From: a virus
Lineage: Duplodnaviria > Heunggongvirae > Uroviricota > Caudoviricetes
Length of the DNA: 64,000 nucleotides
Virus record (IMG/VR): IMGVR_UViG_3300034069_000533
Location: 1,947-65,946 of that record
Strand: one strand, 5' to 3'
The notes below the pieces were generated by a model. That model saw nothing but the letters and a program-made list of their open reading frames with translations, was not told where the DNA came from and did no database searches. Made by a program: the position numbers and the translations under genes. Positions 43,306 through 53,272 of the stretch are shown piece after piece; positions within the stretch are counted from its first letter, which is position 1, and every line of letters begins with the position of its first letter.

Positions 43306-44826
43306 TTACGCTGTGGTTAGCCCGGATCGGCTGGCGTAGGGGCGCATAGCTGGCCGGAACGCTTCAATATTAGAGCCATCAATCGTATAAATGCTGGCCA
43401 TGTCCAAGCTAGTTGTTGGATCGCCGCCAAGCATGCCCCAAAAGAAAGTATATAACCCTTTATTGCTTGCGGAAGTAAGAATGCGACCCATACGGCGTCC
43501 GCGCTCCTCTTGCGTTACCGTCTTGGTATAATCATACCACTCTTGCGGATAAGCGCCAACCTCGGTTAAGCCGCCGCCCTTATATCCAAGGTCAGTAATC
43601 TTTTGCGCTAAAACTTTGGCATAATAGTCTGTCTGATCTATGTTGCCCCAATTGATTGCTAGATTATTTTGCGCTGGAATATGTGCCTGACCGTCATAAT
43701 TATGCGTGGCCAAGTGGGCATTTTCGCCGGTCGGACACTTAAAATCAAACTCATCCCGCATGCTATCCAGATTGCCAAAAGAGGTTGCCTTTAAAACAAG
43801 CGTGCGCTCTTGGCCCCAAATCTGCCGGGCGGTCGGATAATAAAAGCTTTTAAGCAATGTGCCGTAACCAACGCCAGAGGTAGAGTCTGCCCATTGGCGG
43901 GTAGATTCATTTTCTGGAATTTCAACAGCTAAAAGGCGCGGGTCCAACGTTCCTAGCCGGTCGGCTAAGCCTTGCTGTTCCGCCTTATATAATTCCTCAG
44001 TTAATGTCGCACCAAAGTTGCGATAATCCTGCGTCCAGTCATACCAAGTTGGCAAATGCTGCAAGCCACCAAGCATGCAGTAACCGCCATTAGGAACAAT
44101 ATTATCAATGGTAATGCCGCAGAACCAGCCAAGTGGATGCCGCATGGCTTTGGTGGATGCATCCTTATAGAAAGACCAATGACGCATACGCATGCGGCGC
44201 CAAGTGGTACTGCTTTCAACAAAGGTCGGCACGGTGTAGTCAATCGCCGGTAAATCGGCTGAGGTCTGAATTTCCACAATGCGCCGTCCGGCGGTATCAT
44301 AAGTCTTACTGCCGGTGCTGGCGGTCACGGTCAGCTTGGACAGTAGCGGCAAATTGTAACCGGACAACGCAAGCGAAGTCTGCGCTTTATCAACACCGCC
44401 ATTGCTCGGCACATACCAAATAACGATGCTGTCACCAACCGGAATAGCTGCGTCATTTGGTCCGCAAGTAAATACCAGCGTGCGCAAATCAGCGCCGGTC
44501 GTGCCTTTGCGGGCAATCTTAAAAATCTCGCCCTCGGCGGGCTGCCAAGAACCTTGGAACCCGTCCGCACGCTTCCAAGTCGGCTGCCACCTGATACCGG
44601 CAAAACCTTCGGTCGGATGTTTAAAGTTTTGCGTCCAGTCGCGCGCACGCGTCAGGTTTTCAAATTGGTCGTTTACACCCGGCACACCCGGCCGGGCGGT
44701 TGCCATATTAAACGACAGGTCAGCAGGAGGCGTGACAATTGCCGGTGCGGCAATGTTAGCGGGAGACGGGGAATAAATATTCCCCGAATCCGCAAGTGGT
44801 CGCCCGTCAATCGTCAAGATAGGCAT
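43306..44826 (-). CDS. GH5-like glycoside hydrolase
   Basis: F.GIRW.P.W, LAVEIPENE (acid/base), L.THNY, LTEVGA (nucleophile), YTFFW. Confidence 0.5.
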   Translation of the reverse strand: MPILTIDGRPLADSGNIYSPSPANIAAPAIVTPPADLSFNMATARPGVPGVNDQFENLTRARDWTQNFKHPTEGFAGIRWQPTWKRADGFQGSWQPAEGEIFKIARKGTTGADLRTLVFTCGPNDAAIPVGDSIVIWYVPSNGGVDKAQTSLALSGYNLPLLSKLTVTASTGSKTYDTAGRRIVEIQTSADLPAIDYTVPTFVESSTTWRRMRMRHWSFYKDASTKAMRHPLGWFCGITIDNIVPNGGYCMLGGLQHLPTWYDWTQDYRNFGATLTEELYKAEQQGLADRLGTLDPRLLAVEIPENESTRQWADSTSGVGYGTLLKSFYYPTARQIWGQERTLVLKATSFGNLDSMRDEFDFKCPTGENAHLATHNYDGQAHIPAQNNLAINWGNIDQTDYYAKVLAQKITDLGYKGGGLTEVGAYPQEWYDYTKTVTQEERGRRMGRILTSASNKGLYTFFWGMLGGDPTTSLDMASIYTIDGSNIEAFRPAMRPYASRSGLTTA

Positions 44827-44836
44827 TATTTATTCC

Positions 44837-47800
44837 TTAAAAGGTAATACCGGCAACGTCGCGCTGCATCGGGAATTCAAGATTGGCGATGTTGCGAATA
44901 TTGTCGTACTTTGACGGCCGGATGCTGTGCCAGTTATCGCGTAGAATGTTACGATACCTGAAATAAGGATGGAAACAGTTAAACAGCTTTTCCGTCCCGG
45001 TGGATGGAATAGCGGCAGAGAAATCTAGCCGGAATGTGGTCGGGCTGAGGATTGCGCCGCCGGTCGGAAAAACATGCGATCCATTATTACTGGTATAGCT
45101 AAACGATCCCCAATTAATCGTTGAGTCGCTAGTGACAAGCGCGGTTCCCTTATCATGCTTAACCGTCACGGTCAGCGACGAAGACGTACCGCGCGAGGCA
45201 GACGCCATCTTTGGTCCGTAGGTCGGCAAGTCGGTCAAGTCAACCGTGGTCGGCAGCCAGCCACGAGTCCACGCGTCCTTAGCGGCAACGCAAGCGCAGC
45301 GCAGATAAATGCGCGGGCCAGAGAGATTGCCCCAATGGCTGTTATCACCGGCTGCGACATATTGCGTATTCTTTTGTCCATCCATCATGTTGCCAGCGGC
45401 CATGATGGTATTGCGCGAAGCATCCGCAGTCATCACCGCCCAAGCGGTATTAATATTGCTTAGGGCATTCCAATTGCCGCCCTCATACGGGCAGTAGGCA
45501 ATCATTTGGATATACTTGCCGTCATCCTTCGGCTTAGCGGCAAGCAAGCGCTTGGCAACTTCATCCCGGCCCTTGGTATACGCAGCTTTGGAAGCGCTAT
45601 CTTCCATCGCCAAATCGTATTCCCAATGCAGAATAAGATCATAAAGCGGAATTGCCTTATCGCTGCTGACAAAATTATTCGTCGCGGCAAGCGTCTGCGT
45701 TAATGGGCCAGCATTGGTCCAAGTTGAGGAATCGCTGCCGTAACCCGTTGCATCGTTGCTTGGCGGGTTAATCCAGCGTGGATCGCTATTATAGGGGCTT
45801 TTCCAATAAGTAAACGTGCCGCTATGAATCGTATTGTCGTTGGTGGTTTGCTCTTTGCGCGAAATCATATCTACCGTTAAGGTAGTCAAATCCGCCATCA
45901 TTTCTTGCATGCGGGTTGGCGCTGCGTATTGGTCAGCATAATACGCATTGCTCTGGCCGCGATGCCGAACCTGAATCTTTGTCACCAAGCCGGGCGTCGG
46001 ATTAGTCGGCTGCGTTACGGTATTGCTTTTCCAATAAGCCTGCTTTCTGATGTAGGTATCGCCAGCCACCAATGCTGCCGCTACATCCGTCTTCAGATTC
46101 AGCGTACCCGCCGTATTCATTTTCCACCACGTTCCATTCGTGATGGTCCAGATAAGCGGGCGCTGATGCCCGGCATTCTCAGCAATAGCCTTAATGCAGT
46201 CGGGAATAAGCGTGGTCTGCACGCCATCGGCCGGGCCGGATGCCGGACCCTTGCCCCACTCGCCGCAGAAAGCAAAAACCTTTTTGCCGTCAGCCCACGT
46301 CTTAACCTTGTCGCCCGTCGCCTTGGCTGCGGAAGCCTTTTCCGCGCTCATATTATATTCGTGCCACTGATACGCTACGCGAGCGTCAGTAAAAATCTCA
46401 AAAGTACCGTCAACCAACGTGGTTGGGTCATTCCAATTCGCGCCGTTTTCAATCAGCAGATAACCGGGAAGCTCCGCGCGCATTGCGGCGGTAAATGCCT
46501 TGCGGGCCACCGAATAAAAGACGTGGGTTTTATACGCCCACTCCTGAGCGGAGCCAAAAGCAATCTTGCGCTTATCAAAGTTATAAGTCGCCGCCAGTTT
46601 GGCAAAGCGGGTCATGAACGCCACGGTATCCGGGTGCGGCGTCTTTCCGGTGGAAGTGTCGCTATAAACGTCCGTTGGCTCGCAAACGTCCATCGCATCA
46701 ATAAAGACTTTGAGTCCAGCCGCGATGGCGTTAACGCAGCTATCAAAATAAGTCTTCAGCGTAGCGTCAGAGGCAAAACCCCAAGACCGCTTAGTTGGCA
46801 CAAAGAAGCGGACATGCGTTGACGCAGAGTCCGTGACAATCTTTTCAAAATAAGCTTTATTGCGACCGGAACCCGCCTCACGCTCAATATTTGGTCCGTT
46901 GGTCAAATCCTGAAAAAAGCTTTGAACGAAGGTATAATCGTCGGTTTCTTCGGTCGGCGGCGGCACAACAACGGTATTAAACGCAACCTGACCGGAAACC
47001 GCTTCCTGCGCATAATCCTTGCTTTTAACAACCAACCGATCCCCGGCCTTTTTAAAGGTACAGGTAATGGACGCCTTGCCAGCAACGACGCTGACAGTCT
47101 GCCACGTCATATCACTGGCAAAATTGGCGTCAAACACCGCCCAAATAACTTCAGTCAAGCCAGTAACGTTGGCAGTCGTAGTCCAATTGCTCGGCGCGGT
47201 GCCTAGATCGCCGGGATTCTGCGGGGACAGCGCAATAGACTTGGCGACGGTAGAGAAAGCAACCGCCTCAGACGTGTCGCTAATAATATCGTCAACGCTT
47301 CGCACAACCAGCTTTTGCCCGACAGCGGTAAAGCTTGGGGTAATGCTGACCGTACCATTGGTCAAGTCCAGCACGGTAAAATTGCCAAAGGTGCCGTCAG
47401 CGGACAGAATTGCCCACTTAACTTGCGTCATGCCGGTTGCCGTGACCGTAACCGGCCAGGATGCAGGCGCGGTGTTGAGGTCGCCCGGATTATGCGGCGT
47501 AATTTCAATCTTGCGCACGGTCACGCCAGAGAAGGCAACCGAAGACGAAGTTGCGGAAATGGATTCGTCAAGATTTTTAATAATTAAGCTATCGCCGGGC
47601 CGCTTAAACGTTACCGTCAGATTGGCCACGCCGTTAGTTAAATCTAAAATTTGATACGAAAGCTGGCTAGTGCCGCCAGCGCCATCAACCGTATAGGCAA
47701 TATTGGTAACGTCAGTCTCATTGGGCACGGTAATGGTATCAAAGCCATTAACGCCCTGAGCGCGAAAAATATTGCCGGTTGTGCCGACACGAACGAAAGA

Positions 47801-48091
47801 GAAGTTAGCGCCATAGCCAGTAAAATTAATGGTGTCACCCCGATTATATCCGGGCACGCTGGCGCTATTGGCTAACGTGCCGTAGGCAACGTTAATGGAT
47901 TTTTGGCCGGCAACGCCAATGTAGTATTTAACCTGCGTGCGATTTGGCGCGCTAACCTGCGTGGTCCAGCTTTGCGGCGCAATACCCAAATTGCCGGGCG
48001 CCGATGGCGTTAAAACAATAGCGGTTGGGTCAACTGGCGGCACATAAGGAATCGTGCCAAGGCCAGCCATTAAACCTGCACCAAAAAGCAT
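44837..48091 (-). CDS. large multidomain protein: Ig-like repeats, GH5-like domain, possible SGNH esterase domain
   Basis: Three TP..PG.L..AP.SW repeats; HVRF.V, QEWA, YQWHEY, CGEWG; C-terminal D.SHW..G. Confidence 0.55.
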   Translation of the reverse strand: MLFGAGLMAGLGTIPYVPPVDPTAIVLTPSAPGNLGIAPQSWTTQVSAPNRTQVKYYIGVAGQKSINVAYGTLANSASVPGYNRGDTINFTGYGANFSFVRVGTTGNIFRAQGVNGFDTITVPNETDVTNIAYTVDGAGGTSQLSYQILDLTNGVANLTVTFKRPGDSLIIKNLDESISATSSSVAFSGVTVRKIEITPHNPGDLNTAPASWPVTVTATGMTQVKWAILSADGTFGNFTVLDLTNGTVSITPSFTAVGQKLVVRSVDDIISDTSEAVAFSTVAKSIALSPQNPGDLGTAPSNWTTTANVTGLTEVIWAVFDANFASDMTWQTVSVVAGKASITCTFKKAGDRLVVKSKDYAQEAVSGQVAFNTVVVPPPTEETDDYTFVQSFFQDLTNGPNIEREAGSGRNKAYFEKIVTDSASTHVRFFVPTKRSWGFASDATLKTYFDSCVNAIAAGLKVFIDAMDVCEPTDVYSDTSTGKTPHPDTVAFMTRFAKLAATYNFDKRKIAFGSAQEWAYKTHVFYSVARKAFTAAMRAELPGYLLIENGANWNDPTTLVDGTFEIFTDARVAYQWHEYNMSAEKASAAKATGDKVKTWADGKKVFAFCGEWGKGPASGPADGVQTTLIPDCIKAIAENAGHQRPLIWTITNGTWWKMNTAGTLNLKTDVAAALVAGDTYIRKQAYWKSNTVTQPTNPTPGLVTKIQVRHRGQSNAYYADQYAAPTRMQEMMADLTTLTVDMISRKEQTTNDNTIHSGTFTYWKSPYNSDPRWINPPSNDATGYGSDSSTWTNAGPLTQTLAATNNFVSSDKAIPLYDLILHWEYDLAMEDSASKAAYTKGRDEVAKRLLAAKPKDDGKYIQMIAYCPYEGGNWNALSNINTAWAVMTADASRNTIMAAGNMMDGQKNTQYVAAGDNSHWGNLSGPRIYLRCACVAAKDAWTRGWLPTTVDLTDLPTYGPKMASASRGTSSSLTVTVKHDKGTALVTSDSTINWGSFSYTSNNGSHVFPTGGAILSPTTFRLDFSAAIPSTGTEKLFNCFHPYFRYRNILRDNWHSIRPSKYDNIRNIANLEFPMQRDVAGITF

Positions 48092-49131
48092 TAGACAATA
48101 TCCCCGCGCACAATGGCCGTTAGGCCGTTGCCTTCAGGATGAATAATAACGGTAACAAAGCCCTTGGAATCAATCTTGACCGTGCCACCCGTTCCCGTGC
48201 CGGCCGGCTTGGCGCTAACGGTAATACCAGCGCCAAAGGTCAGATTGTTAACCGCTGTGTGGCGATTACTAACAGCGAATTCCATTCCCTGATTTGGTGA
48301 GATTCCAGCCTCAGATGCGGCCAGAGTCAACGGCGCAACGTTGGTTAGGCAGACAATGCGCCGGTTGTAATCGCTAAAAGACAGCGTGGTTGCGGAATTG
48401 CGCTCAACCGTCGCAGTACGGCCGGACGTTATGGGTACGGGAGTTTTCCACTCACCCCGGCCCTTTTCGTTATTCCAAACCGCCACCTGTCCGGTTTGCG
48501 TCCCGTTATCAATATTGCTGGCGCCGCCGGTTCCGCCACCCGTGCCGGTTCCGACGGGCAGATAAATGGGGGGAATAAGCGCGTTTTCGTCAAGCGGCGC
48601 ATAGCCGTTGGGCGAGCCGCGCGCCGATAGGTTTTGCTTGCCGGTCAGTGTGGTTTGCAGGTCGGCAATATCAGAAATGGCGTGCGTGTGCGCCAGCGCC
48701 GCCTTGCTATCCAACAGCGTTTGCAGATTGCTAATCTGCGCAACGGTATGGGTGTGGACCAGCGCCGCCTTTGCGTCTAGCAGCGTTTGCAGGTTGGCAA
48801 TTTCCGATACCGCATGAGTGTGCGAGGTCGGCGCGGCGCCAACCTGCGCAGCGTTCGGGAACGGGTGTCTATGGTCAGCGCGAGACGCCAGCACAGACGT
48901 ACCGGAAGCGCCGCTAGAGGCGTCGCCAAGCGGCGGGTTGTCGGATAGCGCCGGCCCGCCATCGCCTCCGCTACCGCCTCCCCCGCCGCCTGTGCCGGGG
49001 ATCGCCATGGGGTCAAGCCCGAACGCTTCGCCCGCATTGCTATAAGCAACAATCGTCAGCCCGGTAATGGACGACGAACGCGGCAAGGATGGCAGGAATA
49101 ATTCGGTATCGGGGCTAACGGTGCCGGACAT
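48091..49131 (-). CDS. tail fibre-like protein with three HTH..S.I..LQT.L..K repeats
   Basis: About 20-aa tandem repeats; shares ASRADHRHP and GYAPLD modules with 41293-42324. Confidence 0.65.
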   Translation of the reverse strand: MSGTVSPDTELFLPSLPRSSSITGLTIVAYSNAGEAFGLDPMAIPGTGGGGGGSGGDGGPALSDNPPLGDASSGASGTSVLASRADHRHPFPNAAQVGAAPTSHTHAVSEIANLQTLLDAKAALVHTHTVAQISNLQTLLDSKAALAHTHAISDIADLQTTLTGKQNLSARGSPNGYAPLDENALIPPIYLPVGTGTGGGTGGASNIDNGTQTGQVAVWNNEKGRGEWKTPVPITSGRTATVERNSATTLSFSDYNRRIVCLTNVAPLTLAASEAGISPNQGMEFAVSNRHTAVNNLTFGAGITVSAKPAGTGTGGTVKIDSKGFVTVIIHPEGNGLTAIVRGDIV

Positions 49132-49146
49132 TAATTTATCCTTTAA

Positions 49147-49413
49147 TTAAGCGGCCGGGCGCAATGCGGATAAACGCCTGCCCTGATTATCCACAAGCCA
49201 TTTTCCGCCGGCCGCAGTTAGCGGCAAATAAGTTTTAGTCGTTGGCGGTGTTACGATGATAAAATCAGACAGCAAGCGCCATTCCGGTTCTTGCCGCTCA
49301 GCGTTCCAAATTAAAACCTGACCAACGGTATTGCCGCCCGGAGGCGGCACCATGCGAATATCAGTGATCCGCCCATCTGCTTGCGGCGTGCCGACAACAA
49401 CATATACCGGCAT
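49147..49413 (-). CDS. small tail-associated protein
   Basis: GQVL.WN motif shared with 48091-49131. Confidence 0.55.
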   Translation of the reverse strand: MPVYVVVGTPQADGRITDIRMVPPPGGNTVGQVLIWNAERQEPEWRLLSDFIIVTPPTTKTYLPLTAAGGKWLVDNQGRRLSALRPAA

Positions 49414-49429
49414 TTAATTATCCCTTATA

Positions 49430-49861
49430 TTATTCAGTCATTGGAGCCAAAATAATATTTGGATCAGAGCCGGATGCCGCAATCAACTGGCGGGCTTGTT
49501 CGTCGGCCGGGTCAATGCCGTTTTGGAGAGTCAGTACCTTAACCATAGTCGGCATGTCCGAAGCGAGCAACGTAACCATTCGATCCCAAGTTTGATCGCG
49601 CTCCATCCGCTCACGAATCAGATAAACCGGAATATATTGCTTGACCGTTCCGGGCGCGGGCGGCTGCGGTGGCAATGCTTTAAAGAAGCTGTTGCCGTCA
49701 TAAGAATAACCAACAGCAACCATATTATCCACGTTCTTTGGGATCGGCACTAATTCGTCAAACATTTGTGCCGGGATGCGCTGCTTTAGTGGCGTACCGC
49801 CATCTTCATCAACGAAGATTTCCATAACGGTTCCACTATTAACCAATGCATACTTGCGCAT
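49430..49861 (-). CDS. tail fibre assembly-like protein
   Basis: YAL...G.V.EI...V.VG..YDG..F..PP pattern. Confidence 0.6.
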   Translation of the reverse strand: MRKYALVNSGTVMEIFVDEDGGTPLKQRIPAQMFDELVPIPKNVDNMVAVGYSYDGNSFFKALPPQPPAPGTVKQYIPVYLIRERMERDQTWDRMVTLLASDMPTMVKVLTLQNGIDPADEQARQLIAASGSDPNIILAPMTE

Positions 49862-50782
49862 TTAAATGTTCCATTCGATGCGAAGCGAGCCGGACCCACC
49901 GTCACCGCCTGCGGTGCTGCTCTTGGAGTCCGCTGTCGCCGGCATACCGCCACCCGTGCCACCGCCTCCGGGGAACACGCCAGGGTTGCCGCTGGCGCCA
50001 ATGGACAAAGGCGACATGCTGGAAACGCCATTACCGGCACCGCCGCCCAAGCCGCCGCCGGTCGTATAGGAGCCGGTAATTCCTAGCTGCTGGTATTGCT
50101 GACCTAGCCCGCCACCAACGCCCGGCGCAGCAAATGCGCCGTATCCAATGCCGGCCGATCCTGCCGTTGACGCAAAGCCAAAGCCGGCGGTGCCGCCCCC
50201 GCCGCCCGTGGCGCTGAGGAAGTTACCAAAGGATGTAGTTCCGCCGCCAGTCGAGCCAATAGGATTGTTGACGATGGCGCCCAATCCCTTGGCGCCAACC
50301 GCGATGGAAATAACCTGCCCCGGTGTGACGCTGCAAATAGCCTCAGCGTAGCCGCCACCGCCACCGCCGGACGCGGCGCCGTTAATGCCGTAAGCGCCGC
50401 CACCACCGCCACCACCGCCAACGCAAACTACGCGAACGCTATAAACATTAGCCGGAACAATAAACTTATTGCCGTAAACCGCAAAACCCGCGCTGTCTAA
50501 AATAATTAAACCGGGCTTAGCCATGCCGCGCAAAGACTTCAGCAAGCCTTGAACGTCGCTGCTGCTAGGCGTCACGCCAGCCGAAGACATGACTTCCGCT
50601 AACTGCGAATACAGCCAGTTATCTTTTTCATCTAAAAGCTGATGGATGGCGTTAAACAATTCCAGGCTTGGTGGATTATTGCCAAGAAAGTTAAAGCCGT
50701 TATCCATCTGAATATCGGTAGGCTCAGCAATAACGCCGCTATTTGCCCAACGCTTTTTAAAACGAGAAAAAAAGTTAGCCAT
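49862..50782 (-). CDS. Gly-rich baseplate-attached tail fibre protein
   Basis: F.VP..V....V..VGGGGGG...GGGGG Gly-rich domain; follows baseplate wedge genes. Confidence 0.75.
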   Translation of the reverse strand: MANFFSRFKKRWANSGVIAEPTDIQMDNGFNFLGNNPPSLELFNAIHQLLDEKDNWLYSQLAEVMSSAGVTPSSSDVQGLLKSLRGMAKPGLIILDSAGFAVYGNKFIVPANVYSVRVVCVGGGGGGGGAYGINGAASGGGGGGYAEAICSVTPGQVISIAVGAKGLGAIVNNPIGSTGGGTTSFGNFLSATGGGGGTAGFGFASTAGSAGIGYGAFAAPGVGGGLGQQYQQLGITGSYTTGGGLGGGAGNGVSSMSPLSIGASGNPGVFPGGGGTGGGMPATADSKSSTAGGDGGSGSLRIEWNI

Positions 50783-50794
50783 TTCTGCGTCCTT

Positions 50795-51457
50795 TTAGGA
50801 AAGCGGCGAGCGAGCTAAAACGCCAACACCGAAGCCAAAATGTTTATTGTTGGAAAACCCAAAGGGAAGACTAGGCTCCCAAAAAATAATATTGACGGAA
50901 ACGCCAGCGGCGCGCGGCAGATAATCAGGCAGCACCCGGCCCAAGCCTTCATCTACGCTAGGAATCCGGCCAACCCATAGATCAATGCTGGCGTCTCCCG
51001 CGTCTCTAGCCGAAACCACCGGAGCATTAAAGGCTAGTTTTGCCGCCGCTTCAATCTCTGGCGCCGTGCCGTGTCCGTTATTCAGAGCAATTTTTGTGCG
51101 TATCAGGGTTTTAAATTCGGCATCGGCTGCGGTGTAGGATTCCGTTGTGCCTTCATTTTGCGAGCGCATGCGCGCTTTGCCAAATCCCCGGCCGGATGGC
51201 TGGCTGATAAAACCAAAAAATGCCAGGGTAATGCCTTGAGGCAAATACCTGTCAGCGCCAACAATGGAGCCAATCAAATCAAGCCGTTGGCCACTGGCTT
51301 GGTTAATATCCGTAAGCGATTTCATCGCCTCTAACGCTTGGCCCAAAGAGTCAAGCGGCGCATAAAGGCTTTTAACAAAAGCCTCCATGTTAATATCTTC
51401 GGAATGCTGGCGCTTGAAATTGCCCCAAGCAATTTCGCTGTCTAATGGCCTCGCCAT
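50795..51457 (-). CDS. baseplate wedge protein (DUF2612-like)
   Basis: A.G..LD.IG.IVG..R, FFGF, D..F..LI..KI..N. Confidence 0.8.
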   Translation of the reverse strand: MARPLDSEIAWGNFKRQHSEDINMEAFVKSLYAPLDSLGQALEAMKSLTDINQASGQRLDLIGSIVGADRYLPQGITLAFFGFISQPSGRGFGKARMRSQNEGTTESYTAADAEFKTLIRTKIALNNGHGTAPEIEAAAKLAFNAPVVSARDAGDASIDLWVGRIPSVDEGLGRVLPDYLPRAAGVSVNIIFWEPSLPFGFSNNKHFGFGVGVLARSPLS

Positions 51458-52917
51458 TAAATCACGCTAACCCGGCTAACATCAAACTTAGCCTTCTGGC
51501 GAGCGCCAATAACAATATCATCCTCTTTAAATGAAGTGGTCGCCGGGACGGGAGCAAACGGCGCGCTAATTGCTGCGGTAAGCTTGACGCGAGACAGTCC
51601 AGTTGTTGCACCAAATGCCGCTGAGGCAACGCGCTGCAACAAAACGTCTTGGCCAAACTCCAATGCATTGCCAGCCGCGACGATGGCCGCAGTCGCCCGG
51701 CCGGACAGGTCGCCCGGTATGATTTCTTCGTTGGTCGTGGTTAATTGCAGGCGCAACCAAACCCAACGTTCTTCCGGCCGGCTGATGAATAGCGGATGCT
51801 TGTAACCATCATCGCCAACAACAAAGCCGCTGGTATTACCAAAAGCGGTAATTCCGCTTGGCTTCAATTGGTGCAGCCGGTCAAAGATTAATTGCGTATC
51901 GCCGCCCTCAACCACGGCTTCAACTGTATGCGGCGGGCGCCCTTCGGCGTCGGTTGTAGCGGTGTTATTCTCAAACACCTTGGCGTTGGTAATGCCGGGA
52001 ATATCTTGCGTTAAGTTGGCATAAATAGAAGGCAGCGTACCGGCACCAAGCCGGTAAACCCCGCGCTTATAACGCGTGCGCAAGTCTTCGCTGTCTTCCA
52101 AAAACTTGCCGGGCACAGCATCAAACGGGTTATAAACGCTTTTCCAGCCGGTTACGGGCGTCTGAATTTGCGTCAGCGTATTACCCACAGCGACAACCGG
52201 GCCGGCGGCATCCGCAATCAAATAACCGGGCGTGGTAATGCTGTTAGCCTTAATGTTGCTAGACCAATCAATAGAAAACGGATTGGAGCTAGAAATATTA
52301 ATGACGTTATCGGTAGTAACCGCCGCCGATCCAATTAGCTGCTTAATGGTCTGCGCAATCTGGCCGGAAGTCTGGCCGGTGGCCGCAACGGTAGAATAAG
52401 ACTGGCTATTAATAGAAACGGAATATGTGTCACCGGCCAAAATGGTTTGCGGAAACACTAGCTCAGCGGAAACAACCGAAGCCTTGGAAATGTCAACTTG
52501 GTTTTCCGTGCGGAAAATCGGCGCAACGTTTTCGTTTTCCGCAATCAACGTGCCGCGCACCGCCGTACCGGCCAGGATGCTTGTGCCGGGGTCGCCTACG
52601 AAATACGCCACGGCGCGCGAGCGCGTTGGCTGAAGCTGCAACACACCAGAGTAAGACACCGCCTGCTGCAATGGTACGCCACCCGGCGCCGTTGCCGGAA
52701 ACGCGCCTAGATAAACTTGCTCGGCCAATTCCCAAAGCTCTGCCGCACGCTCAGCAAAGATTGCGACATTTTGGCCGGTAAAGCTGTTAGGGCTTTCGTC
52801 CATGGCTTCGCCGGTACGCTGAAAATAAGCATCAAAAATCATTCGCTTAATCTCAGGCAGGCGCATCCGCACAAATCCGCCGGAATTTAGCCCATATCGC
52901 AGCGTGCTTTCCGACAT
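51457..52917 (-). CDS. baseplate J/gp47-like protein
   Basis: G..L......G......, G...G...Q..V.GW..V.N, E.SE.LR.R, ENNT...D..G.PPH..E..V.GG. Confidence 0.9.
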   Translation of the reverse strand: MSESTLRYGLNSGGFVRMRLPEIKRMIFDAYFQRTGEAMDESPNSFTGQNVAIFAERAAELWELAEQVYLGAFPATAPGGVPLQQAVSYSGVLQLQPTRSRAVAYFVGDPGTSILAGTAVRGTLIAENENVAPIFRTENQVDISKASVVSAELVFPQTILAGDTYSVSINSQSYSTVAATGQTSGQIAQTIKQLIGSAAVTTDNVINISSSNPFSIDWSSNIKANSITTPGYLIADAAGPVVAVGNTLTQIQTPVTGWKSVYNPFDAVPGKFLEDSEDLRTRYKRGVYRLGAGTLPSIYANLTQDIPGITNAKVFENNTATTDAEGRPPHTVEAVVEGGDTQLIFDRLHQLKPSGITAFGNTSGFVVGDDGYKHPLFISRPEERWVWLRLQLTTTNEEIIPGDLSGRATAAIVAAGNALEFGQDVLLQRVASAAFGATTGLSRVKLTAAISAPFAPVPATTSFKEDDIVIGARQKAKFDVSRVSVI

Positions 52918-52918
52918 T

Positions 52919-53272
52919 TTAGCCCCTAATGGTTACAGCGTCTTCAACCAATCCTTCGGCAGAATTGGCGACAAATTTAATCGTGCAAACTCTTGTTCTG
53001 TTATTTATGTCCATCGTAAAACTCTGAATGGACAACACGCCATTAACCAATAAAATCTGCCCGCGCAAAATGGCCTCAATGGTTTCCGGCTTGGCTTTAC
53101 GGGCTAATATTTGCTCAAGGAATGGAACGCCTTGGGTTGTATCAAGGAACCAATCAGCAAGCCAAGTGCGCAGGGCAATGCGGATGGACTGAGCAATGCG
53201 CGCGGCGCCCCGGATCGGACGCGGCGGCAGGATCATCCGGCCGGTGTCAACGTCTAGGGCAAAATCCATCAC
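52919..53272 (-). CDS. baseplate gp25-like protein
   Basis: AQ.I...L..W..DWFLDT..G.P...IL. Confidence 0.8.
   Translation of the reverse strand: MMDFALDVDTGRMILPPRPIRGAARIAQSIRIALRTWLADWFLDTTQGVPFLEQILARKAKPETIEAILRGQILLVNGVLSIQSFTMDINNRTRVCTIKFVANSAEGLVEDAVTIRG

Noticed and set aside
45905-46822. 305-aa plus-strand ORF
   Set aside because: Antisense to the large glycanase gene; no recognisable features.
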